62,843 nt of DNA. Source: a virus. Lineage: Duplodnaviria; Caudoviricetes. The notes beneath the pieces were generated by a model, which worked only from the letters and a program-made list of their open reading frames with translations, did no database searches and was not told the DNA's origin. The stretch spans positions 1-62,843 of IMG/VR virus record IMGVR_UViG_3300010362_000001. The stretch is one strand, 5' to 3'. Below are positions 1 through 12,881 of this stretch, in pieces. Position 1 is the first letter of the stretch. Every line of letters begins with the position of its first letter. The translations under genes were made by a program, and so were the position numbers.

Positions 1-123
1 GCAGGGCGAGCAGGGCGCACGCGGCGAAAAGGGCGCGCAGGGCGAGCAAGGAATCGGCCTGATCGATTGCCGACTCGATCGTGCCAACTATGAACTTCGG
101 TTCGTGCTCAGCGACGGCGAGCA
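1..123. repeat. 123-bp exact direct repeat of 62721-62843 (circular-assembly overlap)
   Basis: Identical sequence at both ends; it falls inside a continuous ORF, so the molecule is circular (~62,720 bp). Confidence 0.95.
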
Positions 124-187
124 GATCGCCGTCAACGTGCGCGGCCTGTTCGAACAGTTCTTCATCGAGACCAAGAACAATGGCTGA
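1..187 (+). CDS. 3' end of the collagen-like protein that starts at 61699 and wraps the junction
   Basis: Frame continues ...LSDGEQIAVNVRGLFEQFFIETKNNG-stop (TGA 185-187), overlapping the next ATG at 180. Confidence 0.85.
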   Translation, partial: QGEQGARGEKGAQGEQGIGLIDCRLDRANYELRFVLSDGEQIAVNVRGLFEQFFIETKNNG

Positions 188-818
188 TCGCGTCATCAAA
201 ATCCTGACACCGGCGACGGAAATTGCGTTCGTGTCGCTCGCCGAAGTCAAGGTCATGCTCGGAATCACGACTAGTGATCCCGATCTCGACGCGCAGCTTG
301 ACATGTGGATCGATCAGAACTCAGCGACGATCATGCGCCTGTGCAACCGCATCTTCGCGCGCGAAGAAGTGCGCGAAACATGGCGCGATATCGGCGATCG
401 CCGGGTCTTCCTCTCGCATTGGCCAGTTGAGGAAGCCGACATTGAAAGCGTCGAGGACGGCGGCGCGCTGTTGGCGCCCGGTGATTACGAACTCGAAGAA
501 GGAAGCGGCAAGGTTACGCGGTTCGGCGGTTGGGCCGAAGATGTCGTCATCACCTATTGGGGCGGCTACGACCTGCCCGATGATTGCCCGCTTCCGCTCA
601 AGCAGGCGTGCGGCATGCTGGTGCGCGAGTCGAAGATGGCGGGGATCTTCGACATTGCCGCGTCGGGCATCCGCTCGATCAGCCACAAGGAAAAACGGGT
701 GCAGTTCTACGACACGACCAAGATCGCCACCGGCGGCGGCGGAACCGGCGGCGGTGGCTCGCGCACGGCCAACGCGGTCGACCGGTTGCTTGTGCACTAT
801 ACGCGCTGGGAAGTTTAG
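180..818 (+). CDS. Head-tail connector (HK97 gp6/SPP1 gp15-like adaptor)
   Basis: VSLAEVKxxL..D..L..WI..S..I...CNR.F start, Y.GGY..P...P.PLKQA; position after portal region. Confidence 0.8.
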   Translation: MADRVIKILTPATEIAFVSLAEVKVMLGITTSDPDLDAQLDMWIDQNSATIMRLCNRIFAREEVRETWRDIGDRRVFLSHWPVEEADIESVEDGGALLAPGDYELEEGSGKVTRFGGWAEDVVITYWGGYDLPDDCPLPLKQACGMLVRESKMAGIFDIAASGIRSISHKEKRVQFYDTTKIATGGGGTGGGGSRTANAVDRLLVHYTRWEV

Positions 819-1202
819 ATGCTGTTCTATACGGTCAAGGTCGAGGGCGCCGACAAGTGCGCCGAGATCGTGGGCGATATGCTGACCACGATCAGCGACT
901 TTCCCGCGCCGATGGCGGAAGAATTCGTCACGTGGCAACGCGACGATATGCGCCGGTCCTATCCCAAGGTCGATGTCGTCGATCCGATGACGGTGGCAAC
1001 CTCGGTCTATCCGCGCTCGCGCGCGAGCGCGCGCTACTACAAGCAGCGCGAACGGCAGGCGCCGCGCAAGCGCCGCATGGTCATCAAGAGCGCCGGGCGC
1101 CAGCGCGCCGGATCGAACCGGCCGATCCTACGGCCTAGCCTGTTTGAAAAACTATGCACGCGCATGGACGAACTGATGCAGCGGCTGATCCGCTGGGGGT
1201 GA
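819..1202 (+). CDS. Putative neck/tail-completion protein
   Basis: Abutting ORF in the morphogenesis operon; RPILRP motif resembles neck proteins. Confidence 0.5.
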   Translation: MLFYTVKVEGADKCAEIVGDMLTTISDFPAPMAEEFVTWQRDDMRRSYPKVDVVDPMTVATSVYPRSRASARYYKQRERQAPRKRRMVIKSAGRQRAGSNRPILRPSLFEKLCTRMDELMQRLIRWG

Positions 1203-1209
1203 ACGTGTC

Positions 1210-1575
1210 ATGGCAGTCGACTTTTCCAAGTTGGTGCTGTCGCCGAATTACGAATTCTGGTCGCGCCCGGTGACCGTCACGCCGCTTGCCTCGCAGCCGG
1301 GGCAGCCGGCGTACAGCGCGCGCGGCATCTATAGTTCGGGTCCGATCGACATCCCGGCCGAAGGCGGAATGATCATCTCCGATCAGCAGACCATTCTCGA
1401 CATCATGGAAGTCGAGTTCGCCGTGCTGCCGCGCCAGTTTGATCGCATCACCATTCCGGTCGATCCGGCATCCGGGTTGCCGCCACTCGGCGAGTTCGAA
1501 GTCGTCGACGTCAACAGCGATGGCGGTGGCGAGTCGACCTTGACCTTGCGGCTGATCGTAACGGCGGCGCCATGA
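1210..1575 (+). CDS. Head-closure/head-tail joining protein (gpFII-like)
   Basis: ~120 aa beta-rich, ends DGGGESTLTLR; synteny. Confidence 0.65.
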   Translation: MAVDFSKLVLSPNYEFWSRPVTVTPLASQPGQPAYSARGIYSSGPIDIPAEGGMIISDQQTILDIMEVEFAVLPRQFDRITIPVDPASGLPPLGEFEVVDVNSDGGGESTLTLRLIVTAAP

Positions 1576-2249
1576 TGGATGCAGCGGTCAGAACATTGCC
1601 GCCTGAAGGCATCACGGCGACCCAAAGTTTTTCCTGGGTCATGCGCGAAGTCTTCATCGCGGCGCTGGAGCGCTGGCCCTACTTCTCGACGTTCACCATT
1701 CGCCGCACGCCGCAATTGCCCGGCCAGACCGATACCATCCCGATTCTCGGCGTCTACATTCTCGACGAGACCATGACGCCGGACGGCGACGCCAATGCCG
1801 GCGAAGTCCGCTTCATCCATGCCTGTCGACTCGGCATCCAGGCGATCATCAAGAACAACGACCCGCCGGGATCGGAACAGAAGCTCGACGAGATCTTCTG
1901 GACCATCATGAATGTCTTATGGCGTGATCAGTACATCATGAACATGCTCGACACGACAAATCCGCACCTTGCCGGCCAGCGCAATCCGGACAATACGCGC
2001 GTCGAAGGCATCTCGCGCGGCGTGCGCCGACACAAATGGGGCGCCACCGGCGCCGCCAATGAGACGCCGCTGGCCGAACTGCAATATGACGTCACGTTCA
2101 CCTATCGCAGCAATTGGCCGCCGGACATCACCGATGATCTCCTGCTTATTCACCTGGAAACTGCCTTCCCGGTCGGCGGCGACACTGCATCCGTTCAGCA
2201 GGTTGTCGTCGAGTACAACTTTACGCCAGCTACCAAACAGGAGGATTAG
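1572..2249 (+). CDS. Putative tail terminator
   Basis: Position before the sheath; P.LGVY...E pattern; overlapping start/stop. Confidence 0.55.
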   Translation: MMDAAVRTLPPEGITATQSFSWVMREVFIAALERWPYFSTFTIRRTPQLPGQTDTIPILGVYILDETMTPDGDANAGEVRFIHACRLGIQAIIKNNDPPGSEQKLDEIFWTIMNVLWRDQYIMNMLDTTNPHLAGQRNPDNTRVEGISRGVRRHKWGATGAANETPLAELQYDVTFTYRSNWPPDITDDLLLIHLETAFPVGGDTASVQQVVVEYNFTPATKQED

Positions 2250-2253
2250 AGAC

Positions 2254-2562
2254 ATGGCTGATGAAGAAGAGAAGAGTCTGCGCCAACAGCAAATCGAGGC
2301 GCGCCAAGCGCGGATCCGCGCGACGATACCGCAGATCCCGCGCGTGCGCGTGACCGCGGCATCGCCCGAACTTGCGCAAGTGCTCAGACATCCGAGCGCG
2401 CGCAAGTTCCCCGACGATGGCGGCTCGGTCGAATGGCCGCTTGACGCTTTCACCAAACGGCGGCTCGCCGATGGTTCGATCAAAGCCGAATCCGAGGAAG
2501 ATGCAGCCAAGCGACAGCGCGGCGAGCATCGCAGTCGACGGCACGAAACCCCGGCCGCTTAG
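2254..2562 (+). CDS. Small tail protein, Mu gp38/DUF2635-like
   Basis: GGAGG RBS; HP....P..G.VEWP..F..RRLADG motif; directly before the sheath. Confidence 0.6.
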   Translation: MADEEEKSLRQQQIEARQARIRATIPQIPRVRVTAASPELAQVLRHPSARKFPDDGGSVEWPLDAFTKRRLADGSIKAESEEDAAKRQRGEHRSRRHETPAA

Positions 2563-2598
2563 CGCGCAGGGCGACGCAAGCAAAGAGGAGCTAAGTCC

Positions 2599-4164
2599 AT
2601 GCCAATAAGTTTCTCGCAGATACCCGCCAACATCAAAGTTCCATTGTACTGGGTCGAGGTCGATCCATCGCAGGCGGGCCTTCCCGTGCTCAAGCAACCG
2701 GCGCTGCTGGTCGGCACGATGATTGCGCCGGGCATAGCGACGAAGGACGTACCGATCGCCATCGGCTCGCAGACGCAGGCCGATGCCTCGTTCGGACAGG
2801 GCTCCGAACTGGCGCGCATGTTCAAGGCATTCTTCGCCAACAACACGGCGGGCGAAGTGTGGGGCTTGCCGGTGGCCGAACCGGCCGGCGCTGTTGCCGC
2901 CAGCGGCACGGTCACCATCACGACGGCGCCGGCTGAGGCGGGAACGATTCATCTCTACGTCGGCGGCGAGCACGTGCCCGTCAATGTCGGGACGACCGAT
3001 ACCATCACCGAGATTGCCGCGGCAATCGCCGCTGCGATCAACGATGACGTCAACCTGCCCGTAACGGCTGCTGCGGTCACCGGCACGGTCACGCTCACGG
3101 CGGTATGGAAAGGCGCCAGCGCCAACGACATCAGCGTCAGCCTGAATTATTACGGCACGATTGGCGGCGAGATCACGCCGCCCGGTCTTGGCATCACAGT
3201 GCCCGCCACTGGCTTTCTCACCGGCGGCACCGGCGTGCCTGTTTTCGATACGGCGATATCGAACATGGGCGAGCAGGAATTCGAATATGTCGCCATGCCG
3301 TATACCGATTCCAATTCGCTGTTTGCCTGGGAAGAGGAATACGGATTCGGCGACGATGGTCGTTGGGGCTGGAAGCGTCAGCACTTCGGCCATGTCTTCA
3401 ATGCCAAGCGCGACACCTATCCGAACCTGATGACGTTCGGCCCGACCCGCAACAGCGGCGTGATGTCGATCCTCGCCGTCGAGCCCGGCAGCCCGTCGCC
3501 GGTCTATGAATGGGCCGCGTCCTATGCAGGCAAGGCGCAGCGCGCATTGCTCAACGATCCAGCGCGTCCGCTGCAGACGCTGTCGCTCAACGAGATCAAG
3601 CTGGCGCCGCTGGAAAAGCGGTTCAACTTCACCGAACTGAATTCGCTGGCCATGAGCGGGCTGGCGATTCAGAAAGCGGGCAGCGACAACCAGCCGATGC
3701 TCGCGCGCGAGCAGACGACTTACCAGACCAATCTCTACGGCATGCCGGACGATGCCTATGAACTGGTCACGACGCTGGCGACGCTGGCCCGCCTGTTGCG
3801 CAATCAGCGACATGCGGTGACGACCAAATTCCCGCGGCATAAGCTGGCCAATGACGGGACACGCTTCGGGCCCGGGCAGGCGATCGTTACGCCCGGCATC
3901 ATCAAGGCCGAACTGATCGCGCAATATCGGCAGGACGAATTCAACGGCCTCGTCGAGGATACGCGCAACTTCAAGAAGCACCTATTGGTCGAGCGGGATC
4001 CCAACGATCCAAATCGCGTCAACGTTCTCTATCCGCCCGACCTGATCAACCAACTGCGGATCTTTGCCGTGCTCGCCCAATTCCGGCTGCAGTACGATCG
4101 CGGCATCGATCAGGAAATCACTGCGGGCGCCAATGTCGGCATGACCGGCATTCTCCCGCGCTGA
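2599..4164 (+). CDS. Contractile tail sheath (Mu gpL-like)
   Basis: ISFSQIPANIKVPL, FGQGSEL, DPARPLQTL, VERDPNDPNRVNVL.P.DLINQLRIFA. Confidence 0.95.
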   Translation: MPISFSQIPANIKVPLYWVEVDPSQAGLPVLKQPALLVGTMIAPGIATKDVPIAIGSQTQADASFGQGSELARMFKAFFANNTAGEVWGLPVAEPAGAVAASGTVTITTAPAEAGTIHLYVGGEHVPVNVGTTDTITEIAAAIAAAINDDVNLPVTAAAVTGTVTLTAVWKGASANDISVSLNYYGTIGGEITPPGLGITVPATGFLTGGTGVPVFDTAISNMGEQEFEYVAMPYTDSNSLFAWEEEYGFGDDGRWGWKRQHFGHVFNAKRDTYPNLMTFGPTRNSGVMSILAVEPGSPSPVYEWAASYAGKAQRALLNDPARPLQTLSLNEIKLAPLEKRFNFTELNSLAMSGLAIQKAGSDNQPMLAREQTTYQTNLYGMPDDAYELVTTLATLARLLRNQRHAVTTKFPRHKLANDGTRFGPGQAIVTPGIIKAELIAQYRQDEFNGLVEDTRNFKKHLLVERDPNDPNRVNVLYPPDLINQLRIFAVLAQFRLQYDRGIDQEITAGANVGMTGILPR

Positions 4165-4203
4165 AAATCATTCTTCTTCTCTTAGATCAACGGAGCTAGT
4201 GTC

Positions 4204-4569
4204 ATGGCGCAAAGATTCGCTGGCATCGCTTATCTCATGATCGACGGCGATCAATTGCCGCTGCGCGGCAACTTCACGGTGTCGCCGTCATCGGTCGAAC
4301 GGACGATGATTGCCGGACAAGATGGAGTCCACGGCTATCAGGAACTGCCCAGGGTGCCCTATATCGAGGGCGACATCTCGTTGACGCCGGAAGTCAATCT
4401 CGAAGACATCGAGGCGCAGACCGATGTCACCGTCGTTGCGCAACTCGCCAACGGCAAGCAATACACGCTGGCATCGGCAACATGTAAATCAGCGCTGGAA
4501 GCCAATACCCGCGACGGGCAGGCAAGGGTCCGTTGGGAAGGAATATGGTGCGAAGAAATAACGCTGTAA
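4204..4569 (+). CDS. Tail tube (Mu gpM-like)
   Basis: AGIAY..IDG, GQDGVHGY.E.P.VPYIE, ELANGK-like motif. Confidence 0.9.
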   Translation: MAQRFAGIAYLMIDGDQLPLRGNFTVSPSSVERTMIAGQDGVHGYQELPRVPYIEGDISLTPEVNLEDIEAQTDVTVVAQLANGKQYTLASATCKSALEANTRDGQARVRWEGIWCEEITL

Positions 4570-4582
4570 CACGGGAGGATCT

Positions 4583-4990
4583 ATGAACAAACCGCAATTG
4601 CGAGAAGGCTTCGTCACTGACGAGCGGGTTGACAACGTCATCGATGCGGAGCCCGCGCCGCAGCCGGCGACGCCGGCGGCCGAACCGTTCGTCGAGAAAT
4701 GGCCGATCACAGTCAGACTGATGCATCGGCCGATCTACAACAACAAGAACGAGGAGGTTCGCGAGCTAGTCTTTCGCGAGCCGACCGGCGGCGACATCAA
4801 TCGTTGCGGCAATCCGGTGCGCATCGATGGTGCCGGCGAGATCCTGATCGACGAACGCAAGATGACTCTGATGATGACAGCCTTGTGCGGGATTCTGACG
4901 CCGCTGCTTGAACGCATGGATCCGCGCGATTGGAATTCGTGCGCATATCGGTTGCGCAGTTTTTTTCTGCCCAATCCAGAGGCATGGTGA
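4583..4990 (+). CDS. Tail assembly chaperone
   Basis: EL.FREPTGGD, MDPRDW...FFL; between tube and tape measure. Confidence 0.85.
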   Translation: MNKPQLREGFVTDERVDNVIDAEPAPQPATPAAEPFVEKWPITVRLMHRPIYNNKNEEVRELVFREPTGGDINRCGNPVRIDGAGEILIDERKMTLMMTALCGILTPLLERMDPRDWNSCAYRLRSFFLPNPEAW

Positions 4991-5155
4991 ACAACGACGT
5001 TCTCGATTGTTATCGCTTGGCGCGCGAATATCATCAGAATCCGAACGTCTTTCTCGAAATGCCGATGAGCGAAGTGCGCATTCATATGGAGCGCACGATC
5101 GAGCTTGCATTGATTCGCGAGCGCGAGCAGCAACTGCGCGACGAAGACGACGGCT

Positions 5156-5163
<8 letters not shown>
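4960..5163 (+). CDS. -1 frameshift extension of the tail chaperone (gpE'/gpGT-like)
   Basis: T TTT TTT slippery heptamer at 4960-4966 in the chaperone frame; the -1 frame stays open to 5163 (YRLAREYHQNPNVFLEMPMSE). Confidence 0.75.
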
Positions 5164-8173
<3,010 letters not shown>

Positions 8174-8180
8174 GCCCGCG

Positions 8181-10409
8181 ATGCCGGAAGTCGAGGAACT
8201 ACGGCTGGTCGTAACGCTGACCGATGACGCGTCGGCCGGCGTCGCAAAACTCAGGGAGGAATTGAAGCGGCTATCTGGCGGCGACAACGTCCAGGCGCTC
8301 GATCGCGTCACACGCCAGATGCAGGAGTACACGCGGCAAATCAAGCCGATGACCGAAGAGATGGGCCGCGCGTCGCGCGCGGCGCAAGCGGTCGGAGCTT
8401 CGATCGGCCGAATGGCTGGCGCGCTGGCGGGATGGTTCATCGCCAAGTTCACGCTCGATTCGCTGAAAAATTTTACCGACGAGATGTTGCGCCTGAATGC
8501 AGTGTCGCAACAGATCGGCATCGGCCCGGGTCGACTGAAGGGCATCGCCGATCAGATGGCGCAGATGGGCATCAATGCCGATCAGGCGCAGGGCGCGGTC
8601 GCCGATTTCACGCGCACCATGGCCGATCTCGATCGCCATGGCAGCCAATTAAAACAGGATTTGTTGCAGTCCGCGAAGAGCGATCCCGAGGCGATGGAAG
8701 CGTGGATCGCGCGCATGACTGGTTTCGCCGCCCGCGGCGATATGGAATCCGCCATTAACGAATTCGTTGAAGGTCTGAACAACATCTTCGAGGCGGAACT
8801 GCAACGCACCGGTTCGCGCACCAAAGCGGCCGAACTGGTCACGACGATGGCGGAACGGTTCGGCGGCGGGCAAACGCTGCGCATGATCGAAGGCAAGATC
8901 CGGCAGGTCTCGGACGAAGAAGAAAAACGCATCCAGCGGCGCATCGAACTGGCGAAAGAGTTCAACAGAGAATGGGTCACAAGCAAGCAGAAGATTGATG
9001 AAGTCATTGCCGGACTCCAGGAGCAATTGCTTCCGGTAATAGTTGAACTCAATCGGGCAATGGGGGAGTCCGGCGAGTCGTGGGGCAAATTCTTCGGCGC
9101 CGGGCTGGCCAAGTTTCTGACTGACGCGGCGGCGGTGATCAGAACCATCTCGATGCTAGCCGCAGGAGATCCTCTTTCGGCAATACTCTACGGATGGACA
9201 GGCGACGAAAAGAAAACCGAGGAATTAAAAGAACGGCTGCTCAAAGAAGATCCGGGCCTGTTGCATAAATGGTTCGGAGAGTCGTGGCTCTGGAGTCCCA
9301 CGCCATATACAGGCTCTGGCTCTGGAATGCCGGCGCGCTTCGCCGACATTGGCTTCACCGGCGAAGATGCCAACGAGGCGCTAGGTGAAGTCTCGACGTG
9401 GAATGAGCGGCTGATCGAGGAGTTGAAGCGGCTCAACGATTTCATCGGTGCGCCGGGCGGCATGGGCGGCGCTGTTGGCGCGCTGAGTCCTGGCGGCGGC
9501 GTGGGCGGCGGAGCCGGCGGCGGTATGAGCGCGGCCGTGGGCAACGCAACACTGGGCCGGATGTTCGGTAACGTCTTCGGCGGCGGCGGCGATGGCACCG
9601 GCAGCGGCGGCGGTGGCGGCGGTGGCGGCGGCGGAGGAGGAGACGGCGGCGGCGGCGGCGGCGGCGGCGGTGGAACGGGCCCGGTCACGCCCGCGACCGG
9701 GCCGGGCGAGATCGGGCCAGCCCAGGCGCTTGCCCTTGCGCGCCAGCGTCTCGGCGAGCATGAGATCCGCGATCAGGGAAAGTTGAGGGACTTCTTTCGC
9801 TCGCAAGGCATCCCGATCAACCCGGCGACGACCGCATGGTGTGCGGCGTTCGTCAATGCCAACCTGTCAGCGGCCCAGGTCAAGGGTTCGGGTTCGGCGG
9901 TTGCGACTTCGTTCCTGAATTGGGGGAGTGGAGTTCAAGCCAAGAACGTGCAAGCCGGCGATGTTGCGGTGATCGCGCGCGGGCGGCGTGCGGGCCAGAC
10001 TGGTGGGCACGTCGGCTTTGCCACGGGCAATACCCGGATGCGCAACGGCGTGCTTGAAGTCGAGATGCTGGCGGGCAACGAAAGCAATCAAGTCAAGACG
10101 TCATGGCGGCCGGCCTCTCAGGTCACGCTACGTCGAGCAAGCGATCGCGAGTTGGCCCACACGCCGCGCGGACCAGCGCAGCCAATCGTTGTGCCGCCGG
10201 TGGCGCAGAACTGGGTTGGCCCGACCAATAGTGACCTTAACCGTGCTGTAATTGATCGCCAGCCATCATCAGGACGGCGCGTCGAAACCAGCGGCAAGCT
10301 GCAGGTAGACGTCAACGCGCCGAGAGGAACGAAAGTCACGGCGGAAGGGTCGGGCGCATTCAACAAGACTGAGACCAATCGCACGACCGCGCCGGCATTC
10401 GAGGAATGA
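8181..10409 (+). CDS. Tape-measure-like protein 2 with a C-terminal TIGR02594/CHAP-NlpC-like cysteine peptidase
   Basis: Paralogous to TMP1 over the first ~310 aa; AWCAAFVN...SFLNWG...GHVGF...LAGNESNQV. Confidence 0.8.
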   Translation: MPEVEELRLVVTLTDDASAGVAKLREELKRLSGGDNVQALDRVTRQMQEYTRQIKPMTEEMGRASRAAQAVGASIGRMAGALAGWFIAKFTLDSLKNFTDEMLRLNAVSQQIGIGPGRLKGIADQMAQMGINADQAQGAVADFTRTMADLDRHGSQLKQDLLQSAKSDPEAMEAWIARMTGFAARGDMESAINEFVEGLNNIFEAELQRTGSRTKAAELVTTMAERFGGGQTLRMIEGKIRQVSDEEEKRIQRRIELAKEFNREWVTSKQKIDEVIAGLQEQLLPVIVELNRAMGESGESWGKFFGAGLAKFLTDAAAVIRTISMLAAGDPLSAILYGWTGDEKKTEELKERLLKEDPGLLHKWFGESWLWSPTPYTGSGSGMPARFADIGFTGEDANEALGEVSTWNERLIEELKRLNDFIGAPGGMGGAVGALSPGGGVGGGAGGGMSAAVGNATLGRMFGNVFGGGGDGTGSGGGGGGGGGGGGDGGGGGGGGGGTGPVTPATGPGEIGPAQALALARQRLGEHEIRDQGKLRDFFRSQGIPINPATTAWCAAFVNANLSAAQVKGSGSAVATSFLNWGSGVQAKNVQAGDVAVIARGRRAGQTGGHVGFATGNTRMRNGVLEVEMLAGNESNQVKTSWRPASQVTLRRASDRELAHTPRGPAQPIVVPPVAQNWVGPTNSDLNRAVIDRQPSSGRRVETSGKLQVDVNAPRGTKVTAEGSGAFNKTETNRTTAPAFEE

Positions 10410-10412
10410 AGA

Positions 10413-10967
10413 ATGGCGACTATTCGCGATCTCGCCGAACCGCGCGCGGGGCAACCGGGCAGCCCGTGGCGCACGGATTTATTGCCGGCCAACTTTCGCG
10501 GCGCGCTGTTCCATGTCGAGTCGGGCTCGAAGGAAAACGGCCGGCGCATCGTGATGCATGAATATCCCAAGAAGGATTATCCCTATGCCGAGGACATGGG
10601 GCGGCGCGCGTACGAATTCTCGGTGCGCGGCTATTGCATCACTTATCCCTATGATGCCGGCGTATCGCTCTACAGCCGCGACTATCGCATCGCGCGCGAT
10701 CTGCTTGAAGCCGAGTTGACCAGCGGCATACCCGGCCCGCTGCAATTGCCGACGATGAATCCGATCGTTGTCGTTTGCCCGCGCTGGCGCCTGATCGAGG
10801 AAGAACGATTCGGCGGCTATTGCATCTTCGACATGCAATTTCAGGAACTCGGACTGCGGCCGGGCGAGGCATTGCCGGACACGCGCGGCGATCTTATCGC
10901 TCGCTCCAAAGCGTTGCGTACTCAGATCATCGCCGCGATATCAAACCCGCAAAGCCGGCAGAGATGA
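10413..10967 (+). CDS. Mu gpN-like DNA circularization protein, N-terminal domain
   Basis: W...L.PA.FRG..F.V, GRR...HEYP..D.PY.EDMGR. Confidence 0.85.
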   Translation: MATIRDLAEPRAGQPGSPWRTDLLPANFRGALFHVESGSKENGRRIVMHEYPKKDYPYAEDMGRRAYEFSVRGYCITYPYDAGVSLYSRDYRIARDLLEAELTSGIPGPLQLPTMNPIVVVCPRWRLIEEERFGGYCIFDMQFQELGLRPGEALPDTRGDLIARSKALRTQIIAAISNPQSRQR

Positions 10968-10971
10968 AAAA

Positions 10972-11640
10972 ATGCGCAAAGAAGACGTCGGCGAGGCGGC
11001 GGCAATCGTAGAGCGGACGCTGCAGACACTATTGGCGGCGGCGCCATCGGAGGGATCCGCGGGTGCGGATTTGCGCACGGCAGTCGGCGACATTCTCGCC
11101 CACGTCAAAACGTTGCTGCACGACGATGCCATCGGCGAGCCGCTCGACGAATGCTTCGATCTGGCGCAACAAGCAGGCGCGACGGTGCAGCAGATTGAAG
11201 TCGTGCGAAAGCAGGTCATGGCGGAAGCGCCGACGCTGCTTGGCGGCGCATTGATGCAGGATGCGCTTGTGCAATTCTGTCTGGCGACGCAATCGCGCAT
11301 TATTGCCGACATGACGTTCACCAGTCGCGAAGATGCGGAACAAACCAAGCTCAATGTGAACGCCGCATTCGCGCCGGCCGAAGAGACCATGGCCGACAAC
11401 ATGGATGCGGCGAGCTATCGCGCTCTGGTCAGTTTGCATGCGGCGACGACGCATCATCTGGTCACGACGGCGCGGCCATTGCCGCAGATGCTTGCATTCG
11501 TTTTTGCCGCACCGTTGACGACGCTGGTTGCGGCGCACAAGCTTTATGCCAATGCGGCGCGGGCTGACCAATTGCGCGAAGAAAACAAAGTCGTGCATCC
11601 GGCGTTCATGCAGCGAATGGGCCGGGCCCTGTCGAGATGA
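10972..11640 (+). CDS. Mu gpN-like C-terminal half (LysM-like end) encoded as a separate gene
   Basis: TLV.A..LY..A.RAD.L...N.VVHPAFM. Confidence 0.75.
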   Translation: MRKEDVGEAAAIVERTLQTLLAAAPSEGSAGADLRTAVGDILAHVKTLLHDDAIGEPLDECFDLAQQAGATVQQIEVVRKQVMAEAPTLLGGALMQDALVQFCLATQSRIIADMTFTSREDAEQTKLNVNAAFAPAEETMADNMDAASYRALVSLHAATTHHLVTTARPLPQMLAFVFAAPLTTLVAAHKLYANAARADQLREENKVVHPAFMQRMGRALSR

Positions 11641-12875
11641 GTGATGTTCATCCCAACGTCAGAAATCCGGATGAAATCGCTACTGTGTTCGTCGGTGGAC
11701 GCCGGTTCGATGATTGGGAAACCGTTTATGTGCAGCATCGTTGGGCCGATCCCTATCCGGTGTTCCGCTTCACAGCGACCGAGCGCGATCCGATCCCGGA
11801 GCTATGGGCGAAGCTGCAGTTCAAGCCGGGCGATCGCGTCGGTATCTATCTCGGCGGCATCCTTGCCATCACCGGCGTCATTCTTGACCGACAGGTGGCC
11901 TACGATGCGAACAGCCATGGCGTGATGCTGCAAGGCGTCGGCTGGACATGGTACGCAGCGCGCGGCAGCATCATTCACAAGACCGGCAGCTTCGACAATA
12001 AAACGTTCGAGCAGGTCGCACGCGAAGTGATCGCGCCGTTTGGCGTCGGCGTCAAAACCATCGGCAATCTGAATGCGACTCCGTTCGAGCGGTTGCAGGT
12101 AGAGACTGGCGAGAACTTGTGGGCCTTTTTAGAGCGTCTCGCGCGCCCGCGCGGCATTGTCATGGGCAGCGATCATCTCGGCAATATTCTCTTGATCGAC
12201 GACCATAATTTTCCGATCACCGATACCCTGATCGAAGGCTTCAATATTCTGCGCTGTCAGGCAACGATCTCGATCAAGGACAAGCGCTCGGACTACATCG
12301 TGCGCGGCCAGACAGCCGGCGGCGACAAGAAACATGGGCCTGATGCGTCGGAACAAGAAGGCGGCGTGAAAGGCAGTCTCGATCGTTACAGCCCATTGCT
12401 GACGCCGGCAGAGCAACCGGTTTGGGGCCTGGGCGAGATCATCGACCGTGCCAAGAACGAAGCCGTCTGGAACGAGGCGACCGAGGTTCAGGCGACAATC
12501 ACCGTGCAGGGCTGGATGCGTGCGCGCCGGGCCTTCATCGGCGGCGGCGTGACCATTCCTGCTGGCGGCGTCGGCGGAATCAGCGCTGGACTATGGCGCG
12601 CCGGCGACAAGGTGACGGTCAATTCGCCCATGGCGATGCTGAACAATTTCGAGATGAAAATTCAGAACGCGACGTTCACGCAAGACAGCAATTCGGGAAC
12701 CCTGACAACGCTCGATCTCGTGGCGCCGTGGCTGTTGAAGGATCAAGGCGACCCACGAGTCGGGCCGCAAGCGCCCGGTCAGGGCAAAGCAGGAGGGCCG
12801 GCGACGACACCAGAGGCGGCATTGCCGCCGGAGAATTTTGCCGAGACCATGGCCGCCCACGCAACGGAGTTTTAA
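11637..12875 (+). CDS. Baseplate hub (Mu gpP/gp44-like)
   Basis: V.G..F..W..V, GE..W.FLERLAR.RG, RSDY.V.GQ, V.GW. Confidence 0.9.
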   Translation: MSDVHPNVRNPDEIATVFVGGRRFDDWETVYVQHRWADPYPVFRFTATERDPIPELWAKLQFKPGDRVGIYLGGILAITGVILDRQVAYDANSHGVMLQGVGWTWYAARGSIIHKTGSFDNKTFEQVAREVIAPFGVGVKTIGNLNATPFERLQVETGENLWAFLERLARPRGIVMGSDHLGNILLIDDHNFPITDTLIEGFNILRCQATISIKDKRSDYIVRGQTAGGDKKHGPDASEQEGGVKGSLDRYSPLLTPAEQPVWGLGEIIDRAKNEAVWNEATEVQATITVQGWMRARRAFIGGGVTIPAGGVGGISAGLWRAGDKVTVNSPMAMLNNFEMKIQNATFTQDSNSGTLTTLDLVAPWLLKDQGDPRVGPQAPGQGKAGGPATTPEAALPPENFAETMAAHATEF

Positions 12876-12881
12876 AAGTCC

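Noticed and set aside
2230-3981. Long antisense ORFs (also 30244-31290, 49513-50565, 61423-62628 and many others)
   Set aside because: Shadow frames of genuine genes in high-GC DNA; no motifs or RBS
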